Part shown: in pieces, positions 35,298-44,068 of the stretch
How the letters are laid out: every line of letters starts with the position of its first letter
Numbering within the stretch: position 1 is the first letter of the stretch
From: Phycisphaerales bacterium
GTDB lineage: Bacteria; Planctomycetota; Phycisphaerae; Phycisphaerales; UBA1924
Length of the DNA: 64,000 nucleotides
Reading direction: 5' to 3'
Assembly (NCBI GenBank): GCA_040219655.1
Contig: JAVJSB010000003.1
Span: 141,472 to 205,471 of the forward strand
Notes under the pieces: model-generated
The model's input: the letters and a program-made list of their open reading frames with translations, nothing else
Database searches by the model: none
What the model was told of the DNA's origin: nothing
Translations under genes and position numbers: made by a program

Positions 35298-36491
35298 TCA
35301 CCCCTCCCGCGCGTCCCACGCCGCCAGCACCTCGCGCTCCCGCTCCGCCGGCAACCCGCCGCGGACACGCTGCGCCCACTGGTCCGCCGTCTCGTCACCG
35401 CGCTCCTCGCGGATCTCGGGCCCGCGCGTTCGGACGTACTCGAGCACGCTCTTCGCCGTCTCGACCTCGGGGCGGATCGTCATCCCCGCCGCCAGCGCCC
35501 TCGCCACGCTCAGCCGCCCGCGCGACGGGAACTCGCTGTTGGGCAGCCACACCGGCATCTGCTGCCACGGCGCCACGTTCTGCGATTGCAGGAAGTCCGC
35601 GGGCAGGTACGCGACCTCGGGCGATGTGCCCGCCGCCGCGATCGCCGCGTCCACCATCGACTTGACCGTTCGCGTGTCCGCCGGGCTGTCCGCGGTGTAC
35701 GTCTCGCACAACCGCTTCTCGGCGCAATGCACGATGAAGTCCCCGAGATCGCGCACGTCGATGTACTGCACGTAGTCTGACCCGTCGCCCGGCGCGATCA
35801 TCCTCCCGCCTTCCTGGGCGCGCAGCGGCCAGTAGCTGTACCGCCCCGTCGTGTCGCGCTCGCCGCAGATCAGGCCCGGGCGCACGACCGTCACCTTGCC
35901 CGGGAACCGCTCTTCCGCGGCCTTCTCCACGCGGGCCTTCATCGCGCCGTAGTGGACGCCCACCTCGCGGTGCGTTGTGATCCCCGCCGCCGTCGCGTCA
36001 TCGACCGTCGCCAGCGGCGCGTTCTCGTCCGCCCCCGGCTCGCCGGGCGGGGCGTACACGCTGATCGTCGAAACCACCAGGAACTGCCCCATCGCCGGCA
36101 GCAGCACGTCCATCGCGTCCGTCACCGTCTTGGGCACGTACGTGAACGTGTCGATCACGCAGTCCCACGTACGCCCGTCCGCGACCGCCTGCTCCAGCGC
36201 GCTCAGATCCGAGTACCGATCGCCCTGCAGGTGCTCGAGATCCGGGAACATGTCGGGCCCGGACCGCCCGCGGTTGAACAGCGTCATCTCGTGCCCGTTC
36301 GCCACCGCGCGGCGGACGATCTGCGGGCCCAAGAAACCAGTCCCGCCCAGGATCAGCAGCCTCAGCTTCTTCTTCGACGCCGTCAGGTCCTTCATCAGTC
36401 CCCCCATCGCGTTCGCACCCAGGGTCATGCCCGCCGCCGCGCCCAGCGCCGCCGCACCCGTTGTCGTCAAGAACTCGCGTCTCGTCGTCAT
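35298..36491 (-). CDS. NAD(P)-dependent epimerase/dehydratase (SDR) with twin-arginine signal
   Basis: MTTRREFLTTTGAAALGAAAG (Tat motif) followed by LILGGTGFLGPQIV Rossmann GxxGxxG. Confidence 0.8.
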   Translation of the reverse strand: MTTRREFLTTTGAAALGAAAGMTLGANAMGGLMKDLTASKKKLRLLILGGTGFLGPQIVRRAVANGHEMTLFNRGRSGPDMFPDLEHLQGDRYSDLSALEQAVADGRTWDCVIDTFTYVPKTVTDAMDVLLPAMGQFLVVSTISVYAPPGEPGADENAPLATVDDATAAGITTHREVGVHYGAMKARVEKAAEERFPGKVTVVRPGLICGERDTTGRYSYWPLRAQEGGRMIAPGDGSDYVQYIDVRDLGDFIVHCAEKRLCETYTADSPADTRTVKSMVDAAIAAAGTSPEVAYLPADFLQSQNVAPWQQMPVWLPNSEFPSRGRLSVARALAAGMTIRPEVETAKSVLEYVRTRGPEIREERGDETADQWAQRVRGGLPAEREREVLAAWDAREG

Positions 36492-37876
36492 GCCACCACT
36501 CCCTCCGGCGTCGCGCCGGTTGTTGATTCCGTTTCAGACTCCTGCGCCCGCACTTGAGACGCCCGCCACGACTGACCCCGAGCCAGAAAGAACGACACGA
36601 TCACCCACACCACGCCCAGCGGCGCCGCCGCCATCGCCATCCCGCCCAGCCCGAGCGCGAGCGCCCCGAGCCCCGCGCTCACACCCACGCCCGCCACGTC
36701 GCCGCCGCGGTACAGGAACACGTCCACCACGGGCTTCGCCTTGTACTTCTCCCGCTCGCTCACCACGGAGAAGAGCGTCTCCCGCGCGGGCCGAGCAACG
36801 GCGTACCGCGTCGCCCGATGGATCGCGTTGAACGCCGCGAACACCGCGAACACCTGCCACGCCTCCACACCCTCGCGCGAACCGACCAACGCGAGCGCCG
36901 CGAACCCCAGCACCGTCACCACCGGCAGCACGCCCAGCGTCACCCCGACGCCCGCCCGCTTCATCAGCTGCCCCGTGATGAACAGCTGCACGAACAGCGT
37001 CGCCGCCTGCGTCCACATGTCCAGCTGCCCGAACAGCGCGATCCGGCTCGTCAGCTCGTCCTCCGCGTCGCTCACCAGCTCCGCCTGCGTGAAGTAGATC
37101 AGCGTCGAGCTCACCGCCATCAGCACGATGTACGCACCCACCCCCAGCAAGTACGGCGACCGCGCCACCGCCCGCACGCCCTCCACCCACGACCCGCCCA
37201 TCGCGTGCTTCTCGTGCCGCACGAGCCCGCCCGCGCCGCCGGACGACCGCCTATCCAGCGCCCGCATCACCCACACGGCCCCCTCGAACAGCACCGCCGC
37301 GATCAGCATCTGCACGGGCGCGCCGATCACCTCGACCCACTGCCACGCGAAGGTCGAACCGAGCAGCGCGCCGATGGTGCCCCCGACCCCAATCGCCGCA
37401 TAGAGCCGCTTGCCCTGCTCGAGCCGCCACACGTCCGCCATGAACGCCCAGAACACGCTCGTCATGAACACGTTCACGACGCTCAGCCAGACGTAGAACA
37501 CGTACCCGGACCACAGCTTCACCCCGCCGTCGAACAGATCGCCGAACCCGACCCGGACCGCCGCGAACGCGACGACGCACGCGACCACCCCGCGGAACGC
37601 CCACGCGATGAACCGCGCTCTGTCCAGCCTGCTCACGAGCCCGCCGAACAGCACCGCCGCGCCGAGCGACGCGACGCACGTCACGCCAAACAGCCAGCGC
37701 AGATCGCCCATCGAGCGTTCGACGCCCATCGCCTCGCGCACGGGCCGAAGCAGGAAATACCCGAAGAGCAGCAGGAAGAAGAATCCGCCGCTGAGCAGCA
37801 GCGCCGCCCATTCGCCCGGGCGCACCGCGGTCAGCACGCCGACCGCCCTCCCGCCCATCGCGCCGTCCCGCCCCAT
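36488..37876 (-). CDS. MFS-like transporter of the ATP/ADP-translocase (TLC/AAA) superfamily
   Basis: About 12 hydrophobic helices. FWAFMADVWRLEQGKRLYAAIGVGGTIGALLG resembles the TLC motif FWxFAN...AKRFY. Start chosen at MGRDGAMGG. Confidence 0.65.
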   Translation of the reverse strand: MGRDGAMGGRAVGVLTAVRPGEWAALLLSGGFFFLLLFGYFLLRPVREAMGVERSMGDLRWLFGVTCVASLGAAVLFGGLVSRLDRARFIAWAFRGVVACVVAFAAVRVGFGDLFDGGVKLWSGYVFYVWLSVVNVFMTSVFWAFMADVWRLEQGKRLYAAIGVGGTIGALLGSTFAWQWVEVIGAPVQMLIAAVLFEGAVWVMRALDRRSSGGAGGLVRHEKHAMGGSWVEGVRAVARSPYLLGVGAYIVLMAVSSTLIYFTQAELVSDAEDELTSRIALFGQLDMWTQAATLFVQLFITGQLMKRAGVGVTLGVLPVVTVLGFAALALVGSREGVEAWQVFAVFAAFNAIHRATRYAVARPARETLFSVVSEREKYKAKPVVDVFLYRGGDVAGVGVSAGLGALALGLGGMAMAAAPLGVVWVIVSFFLARGQSWRASQVRAQESETESTTGATPEGVVA

Positions 37877-37974
37877 GATGCCGTGTATCGCGTCGCGCCC
37901 GTTCGGTTGCAATGATGCCCGAACCGACCAACAGCTCCGACGCCGCTCACTCTCAGTTTGGAACGGATCTATCC

Positions 37975-38913
37975 ATGCGTGCCGCACTCGCCCAGATCGC
38001 CCCCGTCTTCCTCGACCGCGTCGCGACGCTCTCCAAAGCCGCCGACGCCGTCCAGACCGCCGCCGACCAGGGCGCCAACCTCGTCTGCTTCGGCGAGACC
38101 CTCCTCCCCGCCTACCCCCTCTGGCTCTCGCGCACCGATGGCGCCCGCTTCGACTCGGACGACCAGAAAGAACTCCACGCGCTCTACCTGCGCGAAGCCG
38201 TCAGCGTCGAGTCCAACGACCTCGCGCCCCTCGCCGACGCCGCCACCCAGCACGACACCTGGATCGTCGTCGGCATCGCCGAACGCCCCGCCGACCGCGC
38301 CGGCCACTCCCTCTTCGCCAGCTGCGTCACCATCAACCCCGACGGCGACATCGCGTCCGTCCACCGCAAGCTCGTCCCCACCTACGAGGAACGACTCGCC
38401 TGGGCCCAGGGCGACGCGCACGGCCTCACCGCGCACAACCTCGGGCCCTTCACCCTCGGCTCGCTCAACTGCTGGGAAAACTGGATGCCCCTCACCCGCG
38501 CCGCCCTCTACGCACAAGGCGTCGATTGCCACGTCGCCATCTGGCCCGGCAGCACCGACAACACCGCCGACATCACCCGCTTCATCGCCCGCGAATCACG
38601 CAGCTACGTCCTCAGCGCCTCCACCATCATCCGCGCCCAGGACATCCCCGCGCACGTTCCCCACCGCGACCGCATGGTGAACGCCGAGGACGAGATCATC
38701 CACAACGGCGGCAGCGCCGCGGCCAACCCCGACGGCACCTGGCTCCTCGAACCACAAGCCGACGAAGAAGACGTCTACGTCGTCGATCTCGACCCCGAGT
38801 TCGTCCGCCGCGAACGCCAGAACTTCGACCCCGCCGGTCATTACGCCCGCCCCGAGCTCCTGCGCCTGCAGATCGACCGCCGCCGCATCACGAGCGCGGA
38901 CTTCACGGACTGA
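37975..38913 (+). CDS. Nitrilase / carbon-nitrogen hydrolase family
   Basis: Catalytic E-K-C triad context: CFGETLLPAYP, HRKLVPT, LNCWENWMP. Confidence 0.85.
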   Translation: MRAALAQIAPVFLDRVATLSKAADAVQTAADQGANLVCFGETLLPAYPLWLSRTDGARFDSDDQKELHALYLREAVSVESNDLAPLADAATQHDTWIVVGIAERPADRAGHSLFASCVTINPDGDIASVHRKLVPTYEERLAWAQGDAHGLTAHNLGPFTLGSLNCWENWMPLTRAALYAQGVDCHVAIWPGSTDNTADITRFIARESRSYVLSASTIIRAQDIPAHVPHRDRMVNAEDEIIHNGGSAAANPDGTWLLEPQADEEDVYVVDLDPEFVRRERQNFDPAGHYARPELLRLQIDRRRITSADFTD

Positions 38914-38937
38914 CCATGCACGCTCGGGCCCGCCACC

Positions 38938-39050
38938 CAGATTCCTCCCTCTCCCCTTGGGGGAGAGGGCCGGGGTGAGGGGTCTTCAGATTCCACCCTC
39001 CCCCGTCCCGACGGGGGAGGTGTCATGCGAAGCATGACGGAGGGGGCCTC
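38938..39050 (+). repeat. Composite repeat: module A + module B
   Basis: cagattcctccctctccccttgggggagagggccggggtgaggggtcttcagattccaccctcccccgtcccgacgggggaggtgtcatGCGAAGCatgacggagggggcctc. Confidence 0.85.
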
Positions 39051-39063
39051 GACACCCGCGCGC

Positions 39064-40482
39064 TCACGGGCCGGGCACACCATCCCCCACCGGCGGTACA
39101 TCAAACCACACCTCGCCCACCCAGCACCGCTCCGCGTCAAAGAACTCGAGCGCCAGCTCCGGCTTGCCCTCCGCCTTCACACGCAGCCGACCCGCAGCGC
39201 GAACAGCGTCGATCGTGTCGATCAGGTCTCCATCCCCGTCAGCGAACGAAACCCAGTTCCCCCAGCTCCCCCCTGGCTTGCCGGGAACCAATCCCTCAGC
39301 CCGCCACCGGCCTTCCATCGCTCCGAGCGGCGTCTCGCCGTCGTAGTACGTGAACAACACACCAAACACGACGCCCTCGTGCAAGATCGACTTGGCCCCG
39401 CGAGCGTCGATATGCCAGGCCTCTTCCGGGAACTCCAGCCCCTCGGCGACCAACGCGTCAAGCTCCGCCGACCGCACCGGCGTGATCACCTCCTCGATCG
39501 AATCCACCACGCGCCACGCAAGCTCGAACCGACCCGTCCGCAGCGGCGCCTCGCCCTCTTCCCGCTCCCACGGCGCGCTCGCGTACTCCGACAACTCCAA
39601 CTCCAGCCGCACCCGATCTCCGTCGATCGCCGGAAGCGGGAAGCTCCGACCGAAGTCCGCTGTGCCCTCGGTCCGCTCCGCCCCGTGCGCCACCCACCGC
39701 GCGTGCTCCGTCGTCCGCAGGCTCGTCCACCCGGCGTGCATCGAGATCGTCTCAATGTGCACCGGCACGCCGCGCGGCCACACCTCCCGCGTCCGCACCT
39801 GCCACGGCGGCCGCACCGACTGGATCTCATCAAGCAGCGCAATCAACCGCTCATCCGCCTCCGCCCCGCCCGCGTAGTGCCGGTCATCCCAGCGCCCAAA
39901 GCGGAACCGCTGACCAGCGAACCACGCCCCGTACGTCTCGGCCCAGCGAACACTCCCCGCCGGCGCCAGCATGTTCCCCCGTGCGATCCGCCGCAGCAGG
40001 TAACGCTGCTGCCGATGGCTCAGCAGCACCCCCGTGTCCTCGCGAACGCCCCCGGGCCCCACACGCGCCTCGAGCAACCGGTTGATGAGTTGATCCCCCG
40101 GGTCAGTACGCGGCGTGTACGTCCCCCGCGGCAAACGCTCCCAAAGCGGCATCATCTCGATCAACGCCCACGTCGGCAGCACCCCCATCGCCCCCCGTGC
40201 CCGCACCGCCGGTGTCACCACCAACCCCAACCCCGCCAGCACGACCAACACGCCCGCCGCCGCGCGCCACCAGCGCCGCCGCGTCTTCAGCATCTGCCGC
40301 CGCGCCGCGTGCACCCGCCCACACTCCGGGCACGTCACCGCCCCGCCCGCCGGTGTCTCCTCGAGCGCATACCAGCACCGCCGGCACCGCAGCCGCCCAC
40401 GCGCCCGATCCCAGAACAACGCCCACACCACAACCGCAGCCCCCAACGCCGCGATCGCCCATCCGCCAATCGTCCACCACAT
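39064..40482 (-). CDS. Zinc-ribbon (CRRCWY...CPECG) membrane-anchored protein with large C-terminal domain
   Basis: N-terminal TM, then LRCRRCWYALEETPAGGAVTCPECG, a second TM, and a ~370-aa unassigned domain. Confidence 0.7.
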   Translation of the reverse strand: MWWTIGGWAIAALGAAVVVWALFWDRARGRLRCRRCWYALEETPAGGAVTCPECGRVHAARRQMLKTRRRWWRAAAGVLVVLAGLGLVVTPAVRARGAMGVLPTWALIEMMPLWERLPRGTYTPRTDPGDQLINRLLEARVGPGGVREDTGVLLSHRQQRYLLRRIARGNMLAPAGSVRWAETYGAWFAGQRFRFGRWDDRHYAGGAEADERLIALLDEIQSVRPPWQVRTREVWPRGVPVHIETISMHAGWTSLRTTEHARWVAHGAERTEGTADFGRSFPLPAIDGDRVRLELELSEYASAPWEREEGEAPLRTGRFELAWRVVDSIEEVITPVRSAELDALVAEGLEFPEEAWHIDARGAKSILHEGVVFGVLFTYYDGETPLGAMEGRWRAEGLVPGKPGGSWGNWVSFADGDGDLIDTIDAVRAAGRLRVKAEGKPELALEFFDAERCWVGEVWFDVPPVGDGVPGP

Positions 40483-40506
40483 ACGCCCAGCCTACCGCGC
40501 GCCCGC

Positions 40507-40555
40507 CAGATTCCCTCCCTCTCCCCCCGGGGAGAGGGCCGGGGTGAGGGGCTCC
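40507..40555 (+). repeat. Module A repeat with CAGATTCC linker
   Basis: cagattccctccctctccccccggggagagggccggggtgaggggctcc. Confidence 0.85.
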
Positions 40556-40575
40556 GCCTTCTCCTACCCTCCCCC

Positions 40576-41463
40576 ATGCGCCCCGCCGTCTTCCTCGACC
40601 GCGACGACACCATCAACCGCAACGCGGACCTCCCGGACGCCGCCTGGCGCGGCACACCCGGCGACCTGCTCGACCCAAACCACGTCCACCTCCTCGAGGG
40701 CACCGAGCACGCCATCCGCCAGCTCAAGGACGCCGGCTACACCATCGTCATCATCACCAACCAGGGCGGCGTCGCCCGCGGGCACGGCGACGTCGCCGAC
40801 ATCGACGCCGTCAACGACCGCCTCCGCCAGCTCCTCCCCCACGACCCGCTTGACGAAACGAACGAGCCCGCGCCCATCGGACGCTCGCTCATCGACGCCT
40901 GCTACGCCTGCCCGCACCACCCCTCGGGCGTCGTCAGCCACCTCGCCGACAACCACGCCTGGCGCAAGCCCAACCCCGGCATGGTCGCCGCCGCGATCAA
41001 CGAGCTGAACCTCGACCCCGAGCGTTCGTGGATGGTCGGCGACAAGCAGCGCGACCTCGACGCCGCCCGCGCCGCCGGCATCGCTCCCCAGCGCGCCCTG
41101 CTCCTCGGCCCGGGCAAGGACATCCCCGACCTCGCCGCCGCCGCGGAGATCATCCTCACGCCCCCGCCCGTGCCGCGCGTGCTCGCCGCATCGCGCGTCG
41201 TGCTGCACGCCGACCTGTCCGCCGACCCGCGCCCCCTCGCCGACGAGCGCGTCCGCGAGACCGTCATCGCCAGCGCCCGCGCCATCGCCGAGCGCACGGG
41301 CGTCGAATTGCTCGACACCTCCGCGACGGACACGGCGCTCACCGCCACGCTCGCCGCCTCGCGCGTCGCCGCGATGGGCTTCGCCGCCGAGCTGCGCCGA
41401 ACCACGAACGCCTGGCACACCAAACGCCACGACCGCGCCCTCTGGCTCGACCGGTCCGAGTAA
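40576..41463 (+). CDS. gmhB: D-glycero-D-manno-heptose 1,7-bisphosphate phosphatase (HAD-IIIA) with ~110-aa C-terminal extension
   Basis: VFLDRDDTIN, ITNQGGVARG, CPHHP, WRKPNPGM and VGDKQRDLDAA motifs. Internal ATG of the track ORF. Confidence 0.8.
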   Translation: MRPAVFLDRDDTINRNADLPDAAWRGTPGDLLDPNHVHLLEGTEHAIRQLKDAGYTIVIITNQGGVARGHGDVADIDAVNDRLRQLLPHDPLDETNEPAPIGRSLIDACYACPHHPSGVVSHLADNHAWRKPNPGMVAAAINELNLDPERSWMVGDKQRDLDAARAAGIAPQRALLLGPGKDIPDLAAAAEIILTPPPVPRVLAASRVVLHADLSADPRPLADERVRETVIASARAIAERTGVELLDTSATDTALTATLAASRVAAMGFAAELRRTTNAWHTKRHDRALWLDRSE

Positions 41464-41482
41464 CAGGATCCCGTCATCCATA

Positions 41483-41552
41483 CGAGCCGCGACGGGGAGG
41501 GAGCGGAGATGCTCGCATCGACGGCAGACCGCTCCCTCCCCGTCGCGGCTCG
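41483..41552. repeat. Family F inverted repeat
   Basis: cgagccgcgacggggagggagcgg...ccgctccctccccgtcgcggctcg, with the same termini as 290..364. Confidence 0.75.
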
Positions 41553-41569
41553 TACCCTGTCCCTCACCG

Positions 41570-42682
41570 ATGCCCGCGCCGCCGCCCACACGCCTCCTCA
41601 TCGTCCTCCCCTCCTGGGTCGGCGACGCCGTCATGGCGACCCCCGCGCTCCGCCACATCCGAACCCGCGTCCCGGGCGCCTTCATCGGCGCCCTGTGCCG
41701 GCCGGGGCTCGACACGCTCTTGGGTGGGACTGACCTCATCGACGAGTTCCACATCCAGCAACCCGCCGGCGTGATGACACCCAAGCACGCCGCCGCCAAG
41801 GTTCGCGCCCGCAAGTACGACGCCGCCCTGTTGCTGACCAACTCGTTCTCGACCGCGCTCACCACACGCCTCGCCTTCATCCCCCGCCGCACCGGGTACG
41901 ACCGCGACGGCCGCGGCTTCCTCCTCACCCAACGCATCACCCCGCCACGCAACCCCGACGGCTCCTGGCGCCTCACCTCCGCCGTCGATTACTACTTCCA
42001 CGCCGCCCAGCACCTGCTCGGCGAACCGCCAACCCCCTTCAACACCGACGCGCTCACCGACCCCGCCCGCGCCCCGCTCATCCTCCCCGCGGACGCCAGG
42101 CTCGAGCTCGCATGCACGGACGACGACCACGCCCGCGCCAATGCCACGCTCGCTTCCGCCGGCGTCGATCCCGCCGAGTCCTTCGTGCTCTTGAACCCCG
42201 GCGGCAACAACCCCGCCAAACGCTGGCCCGAGGACCGCTTCGCCGCCCTCGCCGATCACCTCCAAGCCAACCACAAGCTCCGCGCGCTCATCAACGGCTC
42301 CCCCGCCGAGACCGACCTCTGCCGATCCATCGCCCAGCAGGCGTCGTCCGACGCGATCGCCCTCCCCGACCACGACCATTCCCTGCAGGGCGTCAAATCC
42401 CTGTGCGCCCGCGCCCGCATCATGATCACGAACGACACGGGCCCGCGCCACATCGCCGCGGCGATGGGCACCCCCGTCGTCTCCCTCTTCGGCCCCACCG
42501 ACGCCCGCTGGACGACCATCCCCTTCGACCGAGAAGCGATCGTCCTCGCCGACCCCACGCTCCCGCCCGATCAGTCCGCGAACGACCACCCCGAGCGGTG
42601 CGCCATCGACCACATCACGCTCGGCCGCGTCATCGACGCCGCCAAGTCGCTGTTGGGCTCATCCGCGATCGAGGAGTCGTGA
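41570..42682 (+). CDS. Glycosyltransferase family 9 (LPS heptosyltransferase-like)
   Basis: LLIVLPSWVGDAVMATPALRHIR N-terminus and C-terminal ITNDTGPRHIAAAMGTPVVSLFGPT. Confidence 0.85.
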   Translation: MPAPPPTRLLIVLPSWVGDAVMATPALRHIRTRVPGAFIGALCRPGLDTLLGGTDLIDEFHIQQPAGVMTPKHAAAKVRARKYDAALLLTNSFSTALTTRLAFIPRRTGYDRDGRGFLLTQRITPPRNPDGSWRLTSAVDYYFHAAQHLLGEPPTPFNTDALTDPARAPLILPADARLELACTDDDHARANATLASAGVDPAESFVLLNPGGNNPAKRWPEDRFAALADHLQANHKLRALINGSPAETDLCRSIAQQASSDAIALPDHDHSLQGVKSLCARARIMITNDTGPRHIAAAMGTPVVSLFGPTDARWTTIPFDREAIVLADPTLPPDQSANDHPERCAIDHITLGRVIDAAKSLLGSSAIEES

Positions 42683-42683
42683 A

Positions 42684-42755
42684 GGGTGCCACGGGTTGGC
42701 CCGAAGGGCAACCCGTGCGCACAACAACACGGCTTGCAAGACAAGCCGCGGCGTC
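42684..42755. repeat. GTGC-capped single hairpin (cacgggttgGccc-GAA-gggcaacccgtg) plus second small hairpin
   Basis: Starts 2 nt after the GT9 stop. The second stem, cggcttg-caaga-caagccg, lies at ~42730..42748. Confidence 0.7.
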
Positions 42756-42783
42756 CAGACTCACCCCATCACTTTGACTCGGA

Positions 42784-43059
42784 TCAGCCGACCCGCGCGT
42801 CCCCGCCGGGTCGGCGGGGCGCCGCGGCCTCGTCGCCGTCGTGCCCCGTCGCCACGAACCACCGCGTCCCCGGGTACCGACGCTCAAGAACGTCCAGCAC
42901 CTCCGTGGGCAGCCGGTCGCTCACCGCCGGCTCGCCGTTCAGCCGCTCGATCGCCCCGGTCTGCGAGCCCGTATCGACCCACCCGGCCGCCAGCGAAAGG
43001 TCGTCCTCGGCCCCCGCCCGCACGTGCCCAAGCTCGTCGATGGTCCAGGTGTCCCGCAT
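42784..43059 (-). CDS. Hypothetical small protein
   Basis: ORF with ordinary composition from MRDTWTIDELGHV; no recognised family; start uncertain (the track ORF runs to 43155). Confidence 0.35.
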   Translation of the reverse strand: MRDTWTIDELGHVRAGAEDDLSLAAGWVDTGSQTGAIERLNGEPAVSDRLPTEVLDVLERRYPGTRWFVATGHDGDEAAAPRRPGGDARVG

Positions 43060-43323
43060 CGGGTCTCGCTCCTGTGCCGCAGCCCACTCCGCAGCCCTCC
43101 CCACATCGACGACCCGCACCCCTTCCCAAAGCGGCACACCCCCGACACACGCCACACGCCCGTTGCCCCTTCAGCAGCACCCGCGCGGACCACGCAGCCG
43201 CCACACCCCGCCCGGAAGGCACACCCCGCCCAGCCCGCACACCCCGACCCCGCTTCTGTCTTGACCGGCCCCTTCGGTCCACTACCATTGCCCTCGCCGC
43301 CGAAAGCCCGGCGACAACCCCTC

Positions 43324-43396
<73 letters not shown>

Positions 43397-43404
43397 CTCG
43401 AATC

Positions 43405-43438
43405 AGCCCCCGGGTCAACACACCCGGGGGCTTTCTTG
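43405..43438 (+). terminator. Intrinsic terminator after tRNA-Ala
   Basis: agcccccgggt-caacac-acccgggggct (11-bp stem) followed by ttcttgtg. Confidence 0.6.
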
Positions 43439-43529
43439 TGCGCACACACACCAACGCGACCATGATCGGACGCCCCGTGATCGGACCAAACGCTGGCTAT
43501 GGGACCGCCCGTGATCGGACGCGCGCCGC

Positions 43530-43564
43530 CCTCACGACTCAGGCCTCAGGACTCAGGCCTCTCA
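43530..43564 (-). repeat. 7-nt periodic TGA array (4 units + stop)
   Basis: TCA on the + strand at 43532, 43539, 43546 and 43553, then the stop at 43562. The - strand reads TGA gaggcc TGAgtcc TGAggcc TGAgtcg TGAggg. Confidence 0.75.
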
Positions 43565-44068
43565 AGGCACCTTCCGGCACATCGCCGATCGCCCCTCCAC
43601 CGAGCGCCCGGCGTTGAGCACCCGCTCCCGCATCCACCACGCCGGCACATCGTCGAACGCGACGGCACGGAACCCACCCCGCTCGAACCACTCCGGGATC
43701 TTCGTGAGCAAGTAGAGCTCCTTGATCCCCTCCTCGTCCGCCGCCTTCACCACGCCCGCCAAGACCGCCTTGCCCGCGCCCATCCCCTTGGCCCGCTCGG
43801 CCACCGCGACGGACCGCACCTCCCCCACCTGCCGCCCGCACTCCTCAACACACGCGCACGCGATGATCGCGCCCGACGACTCCACGACCACGAACCGGTC
43901 GATCATCGCGAGCACCTCGCCCGCACTCCGGCGCAGCGTGAACCCCTGGTCCGACCACGAACTCACGAGCGCCGCGATCGCCGCCGCGTCCGCCACGCGC
44001 GCGTGCCGCACGATCATCGGGGGCTGTTCAATCGTCGTGAGCACCGGGCTCGCGGTCATCGTCGTCAT
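43562..44068 (-). CDS. Short GNAT-type N-acetylglutamate synthase candidate
   Basis: 168-aa GNAT (GEVRSVAVAERAKGMGAGKAVL) resembling short mycobacterial-type NAGS. It is translationally coupled (ATGA) to argH. Confidence 0.65.
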   Translation of the reverse strand: MTTMTASPVLTTIEQPPMIVRHARVADAAAIAALVSSWSDQGFTLRRSAGEVLAMIDRFVVVESSGAIIACACVEECGRQVGEVRSVAVAERAKGMGAGKAVLAGVVKAADEEGIKELYLLTKIPEWFERGGFRAVAFDDVPAWWMRERVLNAGRSVEGRSAMCRKVP

